DNA of 64,000 nucleotides from Geopsychrobacteraceae bacterium (lineage in GTDB: Bacteria > Desulfobacterota > Desulfuromonadia > Desulfuromonadales > Geopsychrobacteraceae). A program made the position numbers and the translations under genes. Below are positions 1 through 9,685 of this stretch, one piece after another. The notes below the pieces were generated by a model, which had not been told where the DNA came from, did no database searches, and saw nothing but the letters and a program-made list of their open reading frames with translations. The stretch lies in NCBI GenBank assembly GCA_963662315.1, contig OY759353.1, positions 832,001 to 896,000 on the forward strand. Reading direction: 5' to 3'. Within the stretch, counting starts at the first letter, position 1; the number at the start of each line of letters is the position of its first letter.

Positions 1-40
1 CCGTCACTTTTTTGCGATGGCTGCCCATATTACCCATGAC

Positions 41-1498
41 CTAGCCAGGTTCCAGTCTCTCAATCTGACCGTCAAGCAATCTGATCAAGTCCGCCAGCAG
101 TTCTGAATTTCCAACGTTTCCGGGAAATACGATATAGGATATTCCTGGGAATTTGGTTTCTTCCTGTAATTTCCAAGCGGAGATCCCCGGAGCAACCTGT
201 CCGAGTACGACAGCCGACTTGACTCTCAAGGCTTCGGTTGCCAGGTCGCTTGAGGTAATACCTCCTTTAGCAATAAGAAAGCGCGGTTTAACATCAAGAG
301 TTGCAACGATTTCCACCAACGCTGCGGAGACCTTGCTGCCGATATCGAGATTAACAAGTGCCCCCGCCTGTTTCACAAGTGCCCGGCTGGTGTAGACCAT
401 AATATTTTCGCCGTTTGTCAGGCTGTCATGAACCGCCTGCTTTACCTTATCAATCTCATTCTGTCTTTCAGATATTTCAAGTAAATTATTAACGTTAACT
501 TCTAACCAATTAAGATTGTCGATGTTTTTAGCTCCTTCGACTTGAGCTGTCGTCTTGCCAATATAGGATCCGACAATAACTAACCCGCCATGAGGGTTTG
601 CTGTTTGCGAAGCCACTTCATCACCGGTCAGATATGCCTTGGGACTGATACCACCCCTGACTCTGACAAAGGAGGCACTGGAGCGAACAAGATAATGTCT
701 TCCGGCTGCTTCGGCCTTCAACAGACCAAGGACAAAAACTTCAAGGTCAGTATAATCGGCAGCATTGACAACAACCCTGGCGCCTTTGGGAGACCTAAGC
801 AGAATATCGGCGACATGATCGGAGCCATGAAGGCGAAGGTCTACAATTTGAACACAAACGACCTCTTCAGCGGTAACAGTCCCTGCTGTCTTTTCCTCAA
901 TGTACTTCGGCATGTAAGAACTGCTGTATCCAAAGACAGCGTCATTGGCGAACTCAGTGTCTTCCGCCGGAGTCAGTTTGTCACCTTCCTGCACATAATG
1001 AATATTATTAATCGTATAGCGCCCACCTTCAAAAAAGGCCGGAATGAGCAAGTGCCCATCAAATTCGAGGTTCGCCTCCTGTTGCAGGGTGGTGCCGATT
1101 ACATCCAGCTCGAGAGGGTAATGGCCACGCAGAGTCGAATCGCTGCGGCTGATAATGTCAAAGCTGACTCCGCATAACTGCGAGGCTTTACATAAATTGC
1201 GAGCAACTTCAGCATTCAGGGATGCTGCCGCTGCGGTATTCATGCTGCGGGTATTGGTCAGGATATAGAAGACATCTTCCTGCGCGGTTAAAGCTTTTTG
1301 CAAATCGGCGACATCCCATGTTGTCAGCACGTTAATGCCATGAACTGTTTGTGATCCTGTAGGATCATCATCAAGAACCACCACTTTCCGGCCCGAGGCT
1401 TTGACCGCAGCCTGAATTTGCTTAAATTGATCAGCATTATTGGCGACAGGTGGCAATGACGCGAAGATAGCGGATTTCAGATTAGTCTTGTCGCTCAC
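41..1498 (-). CDS. Four-carbon acid sugar kinase family protein (DUF1537/OtnK-DtnK family)
   Basis: Motifs VLDDDPTGSQTV, SRSDSTLRGH, VIVGS, AKGGITS and IVFPGNVG; GTG start after AAGGAG; adjacent to ltnD. Confidence 0.9.
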   Translation of the reverse strand: MSDKTNLKSAIFASLPPVANNADQFKQIQAAVKASGRKVVVLDDDPTGSQTVHGINVLTTWDVADLQKALTAQEDVFYILTNTRSMNTAAAASLNAEVARNLCKASQLCGVSFDIISRSDSTLRGHYPLELDVIGTTLQQEANLEFDGHLLIPAFFEGGRYTINNIHYVQEGDKLTPAEDTEFANDAVFGYSSSYMPKYIEEKTAGTVTAEEVVCVQIVDLRLHGSDHVADILLRSPKGARVVVNAADYTDLEVFVLGLLKAEAAGRHYLVRSSASFVRVRGGISPKAYLTGDEVASQTANPHGGLVIVGSYIGKTTAQVEGAKNIDNLNWLEVNVNNLLEISERQNEIDKVKQAVHDSLTNGENIMVYTSRALVKQAGALVNLDIGSKVSAALVEIVATLDVKPRFLIAKGGITSSDLATEALRVKSAVVLGQVAPGISAWKLQEETKFPGISYIVFPGNVGNSELLADLIRLLDGQIERLEPG

Positions 1499-1546
1499 TT
1501 TGATCTCCTTGTGACATCCTGATATATAAATTGAATAAGTCGCAGA

Positions 1547-2467
1547 TCAATCCTTATTGATTTTAGGTAGTTGCAACCCGGTTAGATGCTCATACACTTT
1601 GATAACCGCCGAATCGTCTTCGCGACCATGTCCTGCAGCGCTGGCCGCAGTAAATTGTTGCAGAGCTGTGCTGGCAATCGGCAGTGGCAGAGTCAACTCC
1701 CGCCCGGTAGAATGAACAATACCCAAATCTTTAACAAAGATATTAACGGCGCTATGAGGTGTGTAGTCTCCTGCCAATATGTGTGGAACTCGGTTTTCAA
1801 ACATCCAGGAATTACCGGCGCTATTGGTAATGACTTCATAAAGCGTGTCCGGATCGAGTCCCATACTGATACCAAGGGCCATAGCTTCCGCTGCTGCTGC
1901 AATATGAATCCCGGCCAGGTGTTGATTGACCAGTTTAACGCTCGACCCGGCCCCGGCTGCGTCCCCTAAACGATAGATCTTTTCCGCGATGGCATTAAGA
2001 ACATCTTTGGCGCGGTCAAAATTGGTCGGAGCGCCAGAGGCCATAACCGATAGCTTACCCTGTCGTGCTTTGACTGAACCGCCACTGATGGGAGCATCAA
2101 TCAGATTCAACCCCCTTTCAGCCAGTCTTCCTTCAAGTTCACGGACATAACTTGGTGCGACCGTAGCGCACTGGATGACCAATCCACCTGCCTGCATATT
2201 TGCAACAACACCATTATCTCCGAATAGAACGCTATCGACCTGTTGGGAATTGACGACAACAACCAGAACGATGTCAGCCTGCTCTGCAACTTTACCTGGA
2301 TTCTCAGCGCATTGTCCCCCGCCAGCAATGAATTGGTCACAGGCTGCGGCGCTGACATCGCAGCCAATAACGGTTAACCCGGCGTCAACCATGGCCAATG
2401 CCGACCCCATCCCCATAGAGCCCAGTCCAATGATTCCGACCGTCTGTGTCTTTCCTGTTTCTGACAT
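1547..2467 (-). CDS. ltnD: L-threonate dehydrogenase (3-hydroxyisobutyrate dehydrogenase family)
   Basis: GIIGLGSMGMG Rossmann motif, DAPISGG, and AGNSWMFENRVPHILAGDYTPHSAVNIFVKDLGIV as in YgbJ/LtnD. Confidence 0.85.
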   Translation of the reverse strand: MSETGKTQTVGIIGLGSMGMGSALAMVDAGLTVIGCDVSAAACDQFIAGGGQCAENPGKVAEQADIVLVVVVNSQQVDSVLFGDNGVVANMQAGGLVIQCATVAPSYVRELEGRLAERGLNLIDAPISGGSVKARQGKLSVMASGAPTNFDRAKDVLNAIAEKIYRLGDAAGAGSSVKLVNQHLAGIHIAAAAEAMALGISMGLDPDTLYEVITNSAGNSWMFENRVPHILAGDYTPHSAVNIFVKDLGIVHSTGRELTLPLPIASTALQQFTAASAAGHGREDDSAVIKVYEHLTGLQLPKINKD

Positions 2468-2633
2468 TCAATCCTCCGTCCGCTTAGATAGAAATACTCT
2501 TCTGGAGTCACCGACAACACGTGCTTATAGGGACTGTCTTCCTGGTAAAAGGATTACTGCATAGCATGTCCTCACTGTCATCTCAGCGCTGCGGGGTTCC
2601 TCCTTTCATTTAAAAGGGAAACTATCAGAAAAG

Positions 2634-3407
2634 CTAAGAACGATTGATCTGCAGATCATGCAGCGCTGCGTCTCTTATCATCAGGACATCTGAAGCAGAG
2701 ATGACAAAGTCATAACCGCGCTCGAGCATCTGTTTAGGTGTATCATTCGGTCGTGGCAGGCCGCCAAGGAACTTATTGCTTTTCTTGATAACCTCTTCGG
2801 CCTTGTTGACTGCTTCAATAAATTTTGGGTTATCGAAATCTCCAATCTGACCACAGTCGCCAGACAAATCACCATGACCGATAAACAACACATCAATGCC
2901 GTCAACAGCTGCGATTTCTTCGAGGTTGTCTACGGCTCTTAAGCTTTCAATCTGGGCGATGATGAGCAGTTCCTTGCCGTTATCAGGAAGATAGGTGGCG
3001 TTATGCAGACCATAAGAGGAACATCGGCTTAGAACGCTTGCCGCGCCTCTTCTCCCTTTGGGAGGGTAAAGGCTGGCACGAACGAGCGCACGTGCTTCTT
3101 CGGCACTGCCAACTTCAGGTACCATAATTCCTTCACAGCCAGTATCAAGAGCGCGCTTGATATGCACATGATCATTCCAGGGTACTCGGATAATCGAACA
3201 GGTCGGAGCGGCGCTCATGGCCTGCATCAGGTGGGTCGCACTCAGATAAGTGTCGGGGCCATGTTCAAGGTCAATAACCGCTCCGTCATAGCCACTTAAG
3301 GCTATAATTTCAGCAACAACCGGGCTACAGGTGTGAAGCCAGCATCCGAGAGCCTGCTCTCCGGCGTAAAGTTTTTTCTTTAATTGATTTTCTCTATACA
3401 TAGCCAT
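2634..3407 (-). CDS. HpcH/HpaI family pyruvate aldolase (GarL/RhmA-like)
   Basis: IDLEHGP, IKRALDTG, YPPKGRRG, AQIES and IDVLFIGHGDLS. Confidence 0.88.
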   Translation of the reverse strand: MAMYRENQLKKKLYAGEQALGCWLHTCSPVVAEIIALSGYDGAVIDLEHGPDTYLSATHLMQAMSAAPTCSIIRVPWNDHVHIKRALDTGCEGIMVPEVGSAEEARALVRASLYPPKGRRGAASVLSRCSSYGLHNATYLPDNGKELLIIAQIESLRAVDNLEEIAAVDGIDVLFIGHGDLSGDCGQIGDFDNPKFIEAVNKAEEVIKKSNKFLGGLPRPNDTPKQMLERGYDFVISASDVLMIRDAALHDLQINRS

Positions 3408-3426
3408 AACTCCATAACAAATAAGA

Positions 3427-4596
3427 TTACAACAAGCCTCTTTGGGCGAGATTTTTCATCAGTTGGCCAGTACCAAACTGCCAGGGCGGAGCAGCAGTAG
3501 ACAGGTTCACCCGATTAACCAGCGCGCCAAGCTGCGGGGTTTTTATTGTTACAACATCACCGATTTTATGGGTAAAGCCCATACCGGGGGCGTCACGATC
3601 ATAAGTGGGGGCAAACAGAGTTCCGGTAAACAGAACCAGTCCGTCAGGGTATTGATGATTGCGGCTGATGGTCTGCTTGACAAGATCTTCTGGATCACGA
3701 CTGATTTTCGTCATGGTGCTGCCATCTTCAAGGACAAAGCCGTCATCTCCTTCAACTTTCATAGACAGATCCAGTTGGCGCACATCATTCAGATTGAAAC
3801 CGTCATCAAACAGGCGGATAAAAGGCCCCAGAGCTGTTGATGCGTTATTATCTTTAGCCCGGCCCAGAAGCAAAGCACTGCGACCTTCAAAATCCCGCAG
3901 GTTGACATCGTTTCCAAGCGTTGCGCCGACAATATCCCCTTTGGAATTGACAACCAGAACAACCTCTGGCTCTGGATTATTCCAAGTTGATTCAGGATGA
4001 ATGCCTATTTCAGCGCCAATACCAACAGCGGACATGGGTTGGGCCTTGGAAAAGACCTCTGCATAAGGACCGATTCCAACCTCAAGATATTGCGACCACA
4101 ACCCACGATCAATGAGAATCTCTTTAAGCTTGAGAGCCTCTTCAGAGCCAGGCACAACCGAGGCGATATCTCCACCGATTTCCTTTTGTATGGTACTGCG
4201 GATCGCTTCAGCGGCCTTGGGATCGCCCTTGGCCTGTTCCTCAATGACCCGCTCAAGCATGCTGACAACAAATGTGACACCACAAGCCTTCACCGCTTGC
4301 AGATCGATCGGGGCAAGAAAGTACGGTTTATTGACATCAACACAGCCAGCAACACTGTTTGCCAACATCTCGCTCACTGAACCGATAATGGTCCCGTCAT
4401 AATCATTCACCAGACTCGGATCTTCAAGCAGACCGGAAACGGTAGGACAGCAGACTGTCACATCAACCACATCGTTTCCTCTAATCACAATGACAGCTGG
4501 TCCAGACGGATTTCCGGGAAGCCAAGCGCGGCCAAGTAGAGTTGCCTGGTCGGCGTCAAGCGGAAGAATGTCTTTAACCTTTAATTCAAACTGCAT
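3427..4596 (-). CDS. xylX: FAH-family 2-keto-3-deoxy-pentonate dehydratase, XylX-like
   Basis: LAPIDLQAVKACGVTF, LWSQYLEVGIGP, WNNPEPEVV, LGNDVNLRDFEGRSALLL and C-terminal NLAQRGLL recall Caulobacter XylX; start moved to ATG 4596 behind CAGGAG. Confidence 0.82.
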   Translation of the reverse strand: MQFELKVKDILPLDADQATLLGRAWLPGNPSGPAVIVIRGNDVVDVTVCCPTVSGLLEDPSLVNDYDGTIIGSVSEMLANSVAGCVDVNKPYFLAPIDLQAVKACGVTFVVSMLERVIEEQAKGDPKAAEAIRSTIQKEIGGDIASVVPGSEEALKLKEILIDRGLWSQYLEVGIGPYAEVFSKAQPMSAVGIGAEIGIHPESTWNNPEPEVVLVVNSKGDIVGATLGNDVNLRDFEGRSALLLGRAKDNNASTALGPFIRLFDDGFNLNDVRQLDLSMKVEGDDGFVLEDGSTMTKISRDPEDLVKQTISRNHQYPDGLVLFTGTLFAPTYDRDAPGMGFTHKIGDVVTIKTPQLGALVNRVNLSTAAPPWQFGTGQLMKNLAQRGLL

Positions 4597-4630
4597 GATG
4601 TTCTCCTGAGTCAACAAAATAAGCAGACAG

Positions 4631-5476
4631 TTACAATGCTGAACGGCATACCTGGGTTTGGATCCCTAGCCCTTCGATTCCCAGCCTAACTGTATCGTTG
4701 TTCTTCAAATATGTGGGTGGTTTCTGTCCCATGCCGACCCCGGGAGGCGTTCCTGTTGAAATAATATCGCCAGGCCATAGGGTCATGTAGCGACTTAAAT
4801 AACTGACGATTTCAGCCACAGGAAAAATCATTTTGGCGGTTGTGCCCTGCTGGTAGCGATGTCCATTAACCTCAAGCCACAAATCCAGTTGTTGTGGGTC
4901 GGGAACTTCATCACGGGTCACGAGCCATGGTCCAATAGGCCCAAAACCGTCACAGGATTTGCCTTTTACCCACTGGCCTGTCCCTTCTAGTTGATAAGCT
5001 CTTTCACTTAAATCGTTAACAACACAGTAACCGGCAACATAGTTCAAGGCAGAGTCAACAGTCACATCCTTGGCACGGGTTCCGATAATAACCCCTAATT
5101 CCACCTCCCAGTCGGTTTTCTGAGAGTTACGTGGAATAAGGACGTCATCATTGGGACCGGCAATAGCGCTGGTCGCTTTCATGAAAAGAACCGGTTCTTC
5201 GGGAATTGCCATTCCTGACTCGGCGGCATGATCAGAGTAATTAAGGCCGATACACATAAATTTTCCACTCCCGGAGACACAGGGTCCCAGGCGAACCGAG
5301 GCGTCAATCGGAGGAAGTGTGGACGGATCCAGACTTTTAAGCTGGTCAAGTACCGAAGGTGAAAGTGAGGCAGGACAGATGTCGGAGATATGAGCCGACA
5401 GATCCCGAATATGTCCATCATTATCAAGCAGCCCGGGCTTTTCATCGCCGGGAGAACCGTAGCGTAACAACTTCAT
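4631..5476 (-). CDS. Fumarylacetoacetate hydrolase family protein (2,4-diketo-3-deoxy-aldonate hydrolase / ureidoglycolate lyase-like)
   Basis: MKLLRYG..EKPG, CIGLNYSDH, DWEVELGV, NDLSER, QWVKGKS and STGTPPGVG. Confidence 0.88.
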   Translation of the reverse strand: MKLLRYGSPGDEKPGLLDNDGHIRDLSAHISDICPASLSPSVLDQLKSLDPSTLPPIDASVRLGPCVSGSGKFMCIGLNYSDHAAESGMAIPEEPVLFMKATSAIAGPNDDVLIPRNSQKTDWEVELGVIIGTRAKDVTVDSALNYVAGYCVVNDLSERAYQLEGTGQWVKGKSCDGFGPIGPWLVTRDEVPDPQQLDLWLEVNGHRYQQGTTAKMIFPVAEIVSYLSRYMTLWPGDIISTGTPPGVGMGQKPPTYLKNNDTVRLGIEGLGIQTQVCRSAL

Positions 5477-5503
5477 TGCCTACCCTGTCGGAAAGATGAT
5501 TAA

Positions 5504-5533
5504 TTCTGAGCAGGCTCATGATCCTGCTCAGAA
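5504..5533. terminator. Intergenic 11-bp stem-loop (RNA-stabilising or terminator-like)
   Basis: TTCTGAGCAGG (5504-5514) pairs perfectly with CCTGCTCAGAA (5523-5533). Confidence 0.55.
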
Positions 5534-5545
5534 CAGACAGTCTAT

Positions 5546-7138
5546 TTAAATTGCGTCTCGGCTTTTTTCGCCATTCACAAGACGCCAGATATTTAATGGA
5601 TTACTATCCTGTAACGGTTCAGGGAGCAACTCTTGCGGGTAATTCTGCAGACAGATTGGCCTAAGGAAGCGGTAAATTGCTGCGGAACCAACCGAGGTAA
5701 AACGAGCATCACTGGCAGCCGGGAATGGTCCACCGTGAACCATGGCATGGCACACTTCAACGCCGGTAGGGTAACCGTTAATCAATAAACGGCCGACGCG
5801 CACTTTCATCAAGTCGATCAGAGCAGCATAATCGCTCATTTCCCCTTCAGCGGTCTGAATAGTACCTGTCAGCTGCCCTTTAAGACTTGCAACAGCAGCT
5901 TCAAGCTCTGACAGGTCCTTACATTTAACGATCAGAGAAGCCGGTCCAAACATTTCTTCTGTCAGTTTCGGATTGGCGATAAAGTCCTGAGCGAAAACTG
6001 TCATCAAGGTTGGCTGGCATGCGCAGCCAGACTTTCCGGACCCACTTTCACCAACCGCCGTTGTGGTGACACCAGCTTGACTCGAAATTGTCTCAACTCC
6101 CTCGTTGTATGCTTCCTGGATACCACGGTTCAACATGATACCTGCCATTTGTTTACCCAACTGTTCACTGGCCGTTTTTATGAACCGGTCAAGCCCTGGG
6201 CCGTCTATACCCAGCACCAGACCAGGATTGGTACAAAACTGTCCAACCCCCATATTCAAGGAGGTTACAAATCCTTCTGCAACTGCCTCAGCCTCCGCTT
6301 CAAGTTTTTTCGGTAGCAGAACAACTGGGTTCTGGCTGCCCATTTCAGTGAAGACGGGTATTGGTTCAGGGCGATCATTCGCCAACTTAACCAATGTCAT
6401 ACCGCCGCTGAAAGAGCCGGTAAACCCGACAGCCTTAACTTCCGGAGCAACCACAAGGGCACTGCCGACTTCGCGACCGGCACCCATCAGTAAAGAGAAT
6501 ACACCAGCCGGCATACCCGTCTTTTTGATCGCCTTATCAATGGCCTGAGCGACAAGTTCACTGGTTCCTGGATGGGAAGAATGCCCTTTGACCAGTACCG
6601 GGCAGCCCGCAGCAAAGGCGGAGGCGGTATCGCCGCCTGCTACGGAAAAGGCCAGTGGAAAGTTGCTGGCACCGAAAACAACAACTGGCCCCAGGGCCTG
6701 ATTCATATAGCGTAAATCAGGGCGCGGCAGAGGCTGTCGATCCGGCATTGCGGTATCGATACGGATATCGAGAAAGTCACCAGCCTCGACAACATCTGCA
6801 AACATGTTCAACTGAAAACAGGTACGTCCCCGCTCCCCTTCCAGTCGCGCTTGTGGCAATGCGGTTTCAGCCATGCCGCGTTGAATCAACTCATCTCCAA
6901 GGGCCATGATTTCATCCGCACAGGCACGCAGAAATTCTGCCCGCTTGGGCAGCGACATAAGACGGAATTCAGAAGCGGCACTTTGCGCTGCAGCAACAGC
7001 AACGTCAACCTGGGCGGATGATGCTTTGGTCAATAGCGGTTCTATTGCTTCATTGGTGGCAGGATTAACAGCCTGATAGGTCCCTGATTCGCCGTTAACC
7101 CACTCTCCATTGATTAATAATTTTCCTGAAATAGCCAT
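5546..7138 (-). CDS. 2,5-dioxopentanoate (alpha-ketoglutaric semialdehyde) dehydrogenase, NADP-type ALDH
   Basis: PLPRPDLR, GPVVVFGASNFPLAFSVAGGDTASA, EMGS, GQFCTNPG and HGGPFPA, all typical of KGSADH. Confidence 0.88.
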   Translation of the reverse strand: MAISGKLLINGEWVNGESGTYQAVNPATNEAIEPLLTKASSAQVDVAVAAAQSAASEFRLMSLPKRAEFLRACADEIMALGDELIQRGMAETALPQARLEGERGRTCFQLNMFADVVEAGDFLDIRIDTAMPDRQPLPRPDLRYMNQALGPVVVFGASNFPLAFSVAGGDTASAFAAGCPVLVKGHSSHPGTSELVAQAIDKAIKKTGMPAGVFSLLMGAGREVGSALVVAPEVKAVGFTGSFSGGMTLVKLANDRPEPIPVFTEMGSQNPVVLLPKKLEAEAEAVAEGFVTSLNMGVGQFCTNPGLVLGIDGPGLDRFIKTASEQLGKQMAGIMLNRGIQEAYNEGVETISSQAGVTTTAVGESGSGKSGCACQPTLMTVFAQDFIANPKLTEEMFGPASLIVKCKDLSELEAAVASLKGQLTGTIQTAEGEMSDYAALIDLMKVRVGRLLINGYPTGVEVCHAMVHGGPFPAASDARFTSVGSAAIYRFLRPICLQNYPQELLPEPLQDSNPLNIWRLVNGEKSRDAI

Positions 7139-7187
7139 TATAGATACTCCTCCTCTAGCTTTTTGTGGTGTCAGATACAGACTTTGA

Positions 7188-7862
7188 TTACTGTTTAATT
7201 TTTCTGAATTCAGCTACCGCAGAAGCGACGCCCATACGCGGGCTGGTTAAAACCGGGATCGGCGTTTCGCCAAGCTCCGGTAAAATGGCAACCATACTTC
7301 CCTGGGCACAAACAACAACATCGACACTGGCAAGGACACTGCGTATACCCTCAAGGACCATTTCATTGTGTTTTTTCCGCTGACCGCCAATCAATTCGGC
7401 GAAAGCCCCTTCTATCAGCAAGGGGTGAATCTCAATCTCAGCACCTTCTTCAGCGGCAGTCTTTTCAATTAGACGGCAGGTTGGTCCAAGGGTGGTCTGC
7501 AGCGTTGCGGCAACCGCAATTTTACGTCCACTGCGACAAGCAACTCTGGCCATTTCCTGATCAACTTTGACAACTGGCGTAGAAATAAGCTGGGCAGCGA
7601 TATCAGCGGCTTCCCCAACTGAAGAGCACTGATTGAAAATCAGGTCACTGCCTGCTTCCTCAGCAGCTTTATAATAAGCGCACATCCGGCTGCGTACAGC
7701 AGAGGTCACTCCGCCATTGGCCAATACTTCGGGAAGAAGGCTGTCGTCAACAATGTGGCGAATCTGTATTTCGGGACCGAGCTCGTTAAACAATGCCGTT
7801 AAATCTTCCACAGATACAAAACTGGTATGAACAATTGTGACGATACCTTTAGAATTTGCCAT
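7188..7862 (-). CDS. Asp/Glu/hydantoin racemase family protein
   Basis: IVHTS, HIVDDSLL, QCSSVGE, VCAQGSM and PVLTSP. Confidence 0.75.
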   Translation of the reverse strand: MANSKGIVTIVHTSFVSVEDLTALFNELGPEIQIRHIVDDSLLPEVLANGGVTSAVRSRMCAYYKAAEEAGSDLIFNQCSSVGEAADIAAQLISTPVVKVDQEMARVACRSGRKIAVAATLQTTLGPTCRLIEKTAAEEGAEIEIHPLLIEGAFAELIGGQRKKHNEMVLEGIRSVLASVDVVVCAQGSMVAILPELGETPIPVLTSPRMGVASAVAEFRKIKQ

Positions 7863-7893
7863 ACGCTCAATCTCCTTTTACCTTTCGGATGAA

Positions 7894-8012
7894 TTACCAG
7901 TCGACAACTGTTCCGTCATTTAATCCCCTGGTTGGTCAGTCTCAACCTTGACAAATACCCAGTTTCGCATATGTGCATTGACAACTAATGGTTTGATTGC
8001 GGTAATTTTCAT
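7894..8012 (-). pseudogene. Deletion scar of a galactonate-dehydratase (DgoD)-like enolase-superfamily gene
   Basis: Hand translation: RBS-like GGTGGGG, then [29 protein letters not shown] (8012-7926), joined out of frame to NDGTVVDW* (7920-7894). These resemble the N- and C-termini of DgoD-like proteins. Confidence 0.78.
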
Positions 8013-8055
8013 CTATACCCCACCTTGTCAGTCCTGCGCTGTATGTATGCTTCTG

Positions 8056-8475
8056 TTAGCCTATGGAAAGAACTGCCGCACCTGCTTTTGCTATTTCATC
8101 ATCCTGCTCAGCGGTGACGCCACTGATCCCAATGGCGCCAATAAGCTCACCATTAAAATACAGTGGCTGTCCACCGGGAACCGGAATGGCCCTTGGCAAG
8201 GCCAGTACCGCTTGCCGGCCGCCTAACAGGCCGGCCTCGAAGGCACTTGTAGGGCGTTGGTAAATCAAAGCAGATGTCGCTTTCTTAAGAGCAAAATCGA
8301 CACTCGCCAACTGGGTTCCATCCATGCGTTCCAATAAGAGAAGATGCCCACCATCGTCAATAATCGCAACAACAACGTTCCAGCCATTAGCCTGTGCAAG
8401 CCTTTGCGCCGCAACCTTTATTTCTTTTGCGGCCGCAAGGGTCAGAACCGGTTTTGTCGGCAGTTCAGTGATCAT
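8056..8475 (-). CDS. GlcG/HbpS family heme-binding protein
   Basis: VAIIDDGGHL, RMDG, KKATSA, GGQPL and IGAIGISG. Confidence 0.88.
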   Translation of the reverse strand: MITELPTKPVLTLAAAKEIKVAAQRLAQANGWNVVVAIIDDGGHLLLLERMDGTQLASVDFALKKATSALIYQRPTSAFEAGLLGGRQAVLALPRAIPVPGGQPLYFNGELIGAIGISGVTAEQDDEIAKAGAAVLSIG

Positions 8476-8492
8476 ATCGATAACCCGTCAAT

Positions 8493-9668
8493 TTATTTTT
8501 CAGTGTATTTTTCGACGTTGGTACGTTGTTCCCACCCTTCGCTGAACAGTGCCAGCCGCCCACCTGTGCGTGGGTGCTTGGCACATTCTTCACGGTTCAG
8601 GGTAACGCCAAGCCCCGGGGCATCGGGTGCCGCAAAACAACCATCAGCCGGATCAACGCGGGGGGCTCCCTGTACAGTTTCAAATACCCACGGATCAGCA
8701 AAATCGTTGAAGTGTTCAAGTATTTTGAAATTCGGGCATGCGACTGAAAAGTGCAAAGCTGCAGCCGTTCCGATAGGTCCACAGACGTTATGGGGAGCAA
8801 GCAATACATTGTAAGCCTTGGTCCAGCCAACCAGCTGTTGAATACCGGTAATACCACCTGCATGAGTCAGGTCAACCTGGTAGATGTCGATGAGTCCTTC
8901 TTCAATAAATGGTCTGAGGTCATGAATCTCATGCATCCTTTCCCCGGATGCTATAGGCAGATGAGTGCTCTGCCGGACCGATCTTAAACTGGTTACGTCG
9001 GTGGGAGTTACAGGCTCTTCAAGCCAACCGGGCTCGATATTGATAACATCTCTGGCCACGGCTCGCGCAGCGGCACCGGTAAAGCGTCCGTGCATCTCAA
9101 GGAAAATCTGTACATCAGGGCCAACTGCGTCGCGGACCGCCTGAAGAATAGCCACGGCACGTTTACGCTCACTCGGGGATATCTCGGCAGATGCGGCTCC
9201 AAACGGGTCGATCTTTAAACCACGGTACCCTTTTGCCACGACCCCTCTAGCCAACTCCTGGATAATGTGTGGATCGCGATCACCCTGATACCAACCGTTG
9301 GCATATGCAGGGACCCGATCTCTGAATTTACCGCCAAGCAATTTCCATACGGGGACACCGAGGTCTTTACCGAGGATATCCCAGCAAGCCATGTCAAAGG
9401 CGGCAAGAGCGCTTTGTCCGACCTCCCCTGGCAAGCCATACTCACCGACCTGAACATTCCACGCCAGGCGCGTCAGATCTGCCGGATCCATGCCGATGAC
9501 GTAGCGAGCGCCCAATTCTTCAATAGCAGCAATGAGGGTATCCGTTTTATTGACCATCCGGACTTCACCTAGCCCGGTAATTCCAGTATTTGTGGTTAAT
9601 TCCACAATGGTCAATTCACGCCATGGAGCACCAACAACGACAATGTCAATATTCTCAATTTTCATCAC
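8493..9668 (-). CDS. Mandelate racemase/muconate lactonizing enzyme family acid-sugar dehydratase (DgoD-like)
   Basis: DMACWDILGK, YANGWY, GLKIDPFG, EMHGRF, WLEEP, ASGER and APHN. Confidence 0.88.
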   Translation of the reverse strand: MMKIENIDIVVVGAPWRELTIVELTTNTGITGLGEVRMVNKTDTLIAAIEELGARYVIGMDPADLTRLAWNVQVGEYGLPGEVGQSALAAFDMACWDILGKDLGVPVWKLLGGKFRDRVPAYANGWYQGDRDPHIIQELARGVVAKGYRGLKIDPFGAASAEISPSERKRAVAILQAVRDAVGPDVQIFLEMHGRFTGAAARAVARDVINIEPGWLEEPVTPTDVTSLRSVRQSTHLPIASGERMHEIHDLRPFIEEGLIDIYQVDLTHAGGITGIQQLVGWTKAYNVLLAPHNVCGPIGTAAALHFSVACPNFKILEHFNDFADPWVFETVQGAPRVDPADGCFAAPDAPGLGVTLNREECAKHPRTGGRLALFSEGWEQRTNVEKYTEK

Positions 9669-9685
9669 TGATCTCCTGTGAATTT

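Noticed and set aside
1..37. Start of a further minus-strand gene (MGNMGSHRKKVT)
   Set aside because: Only 12 codons are visible, too few to assign
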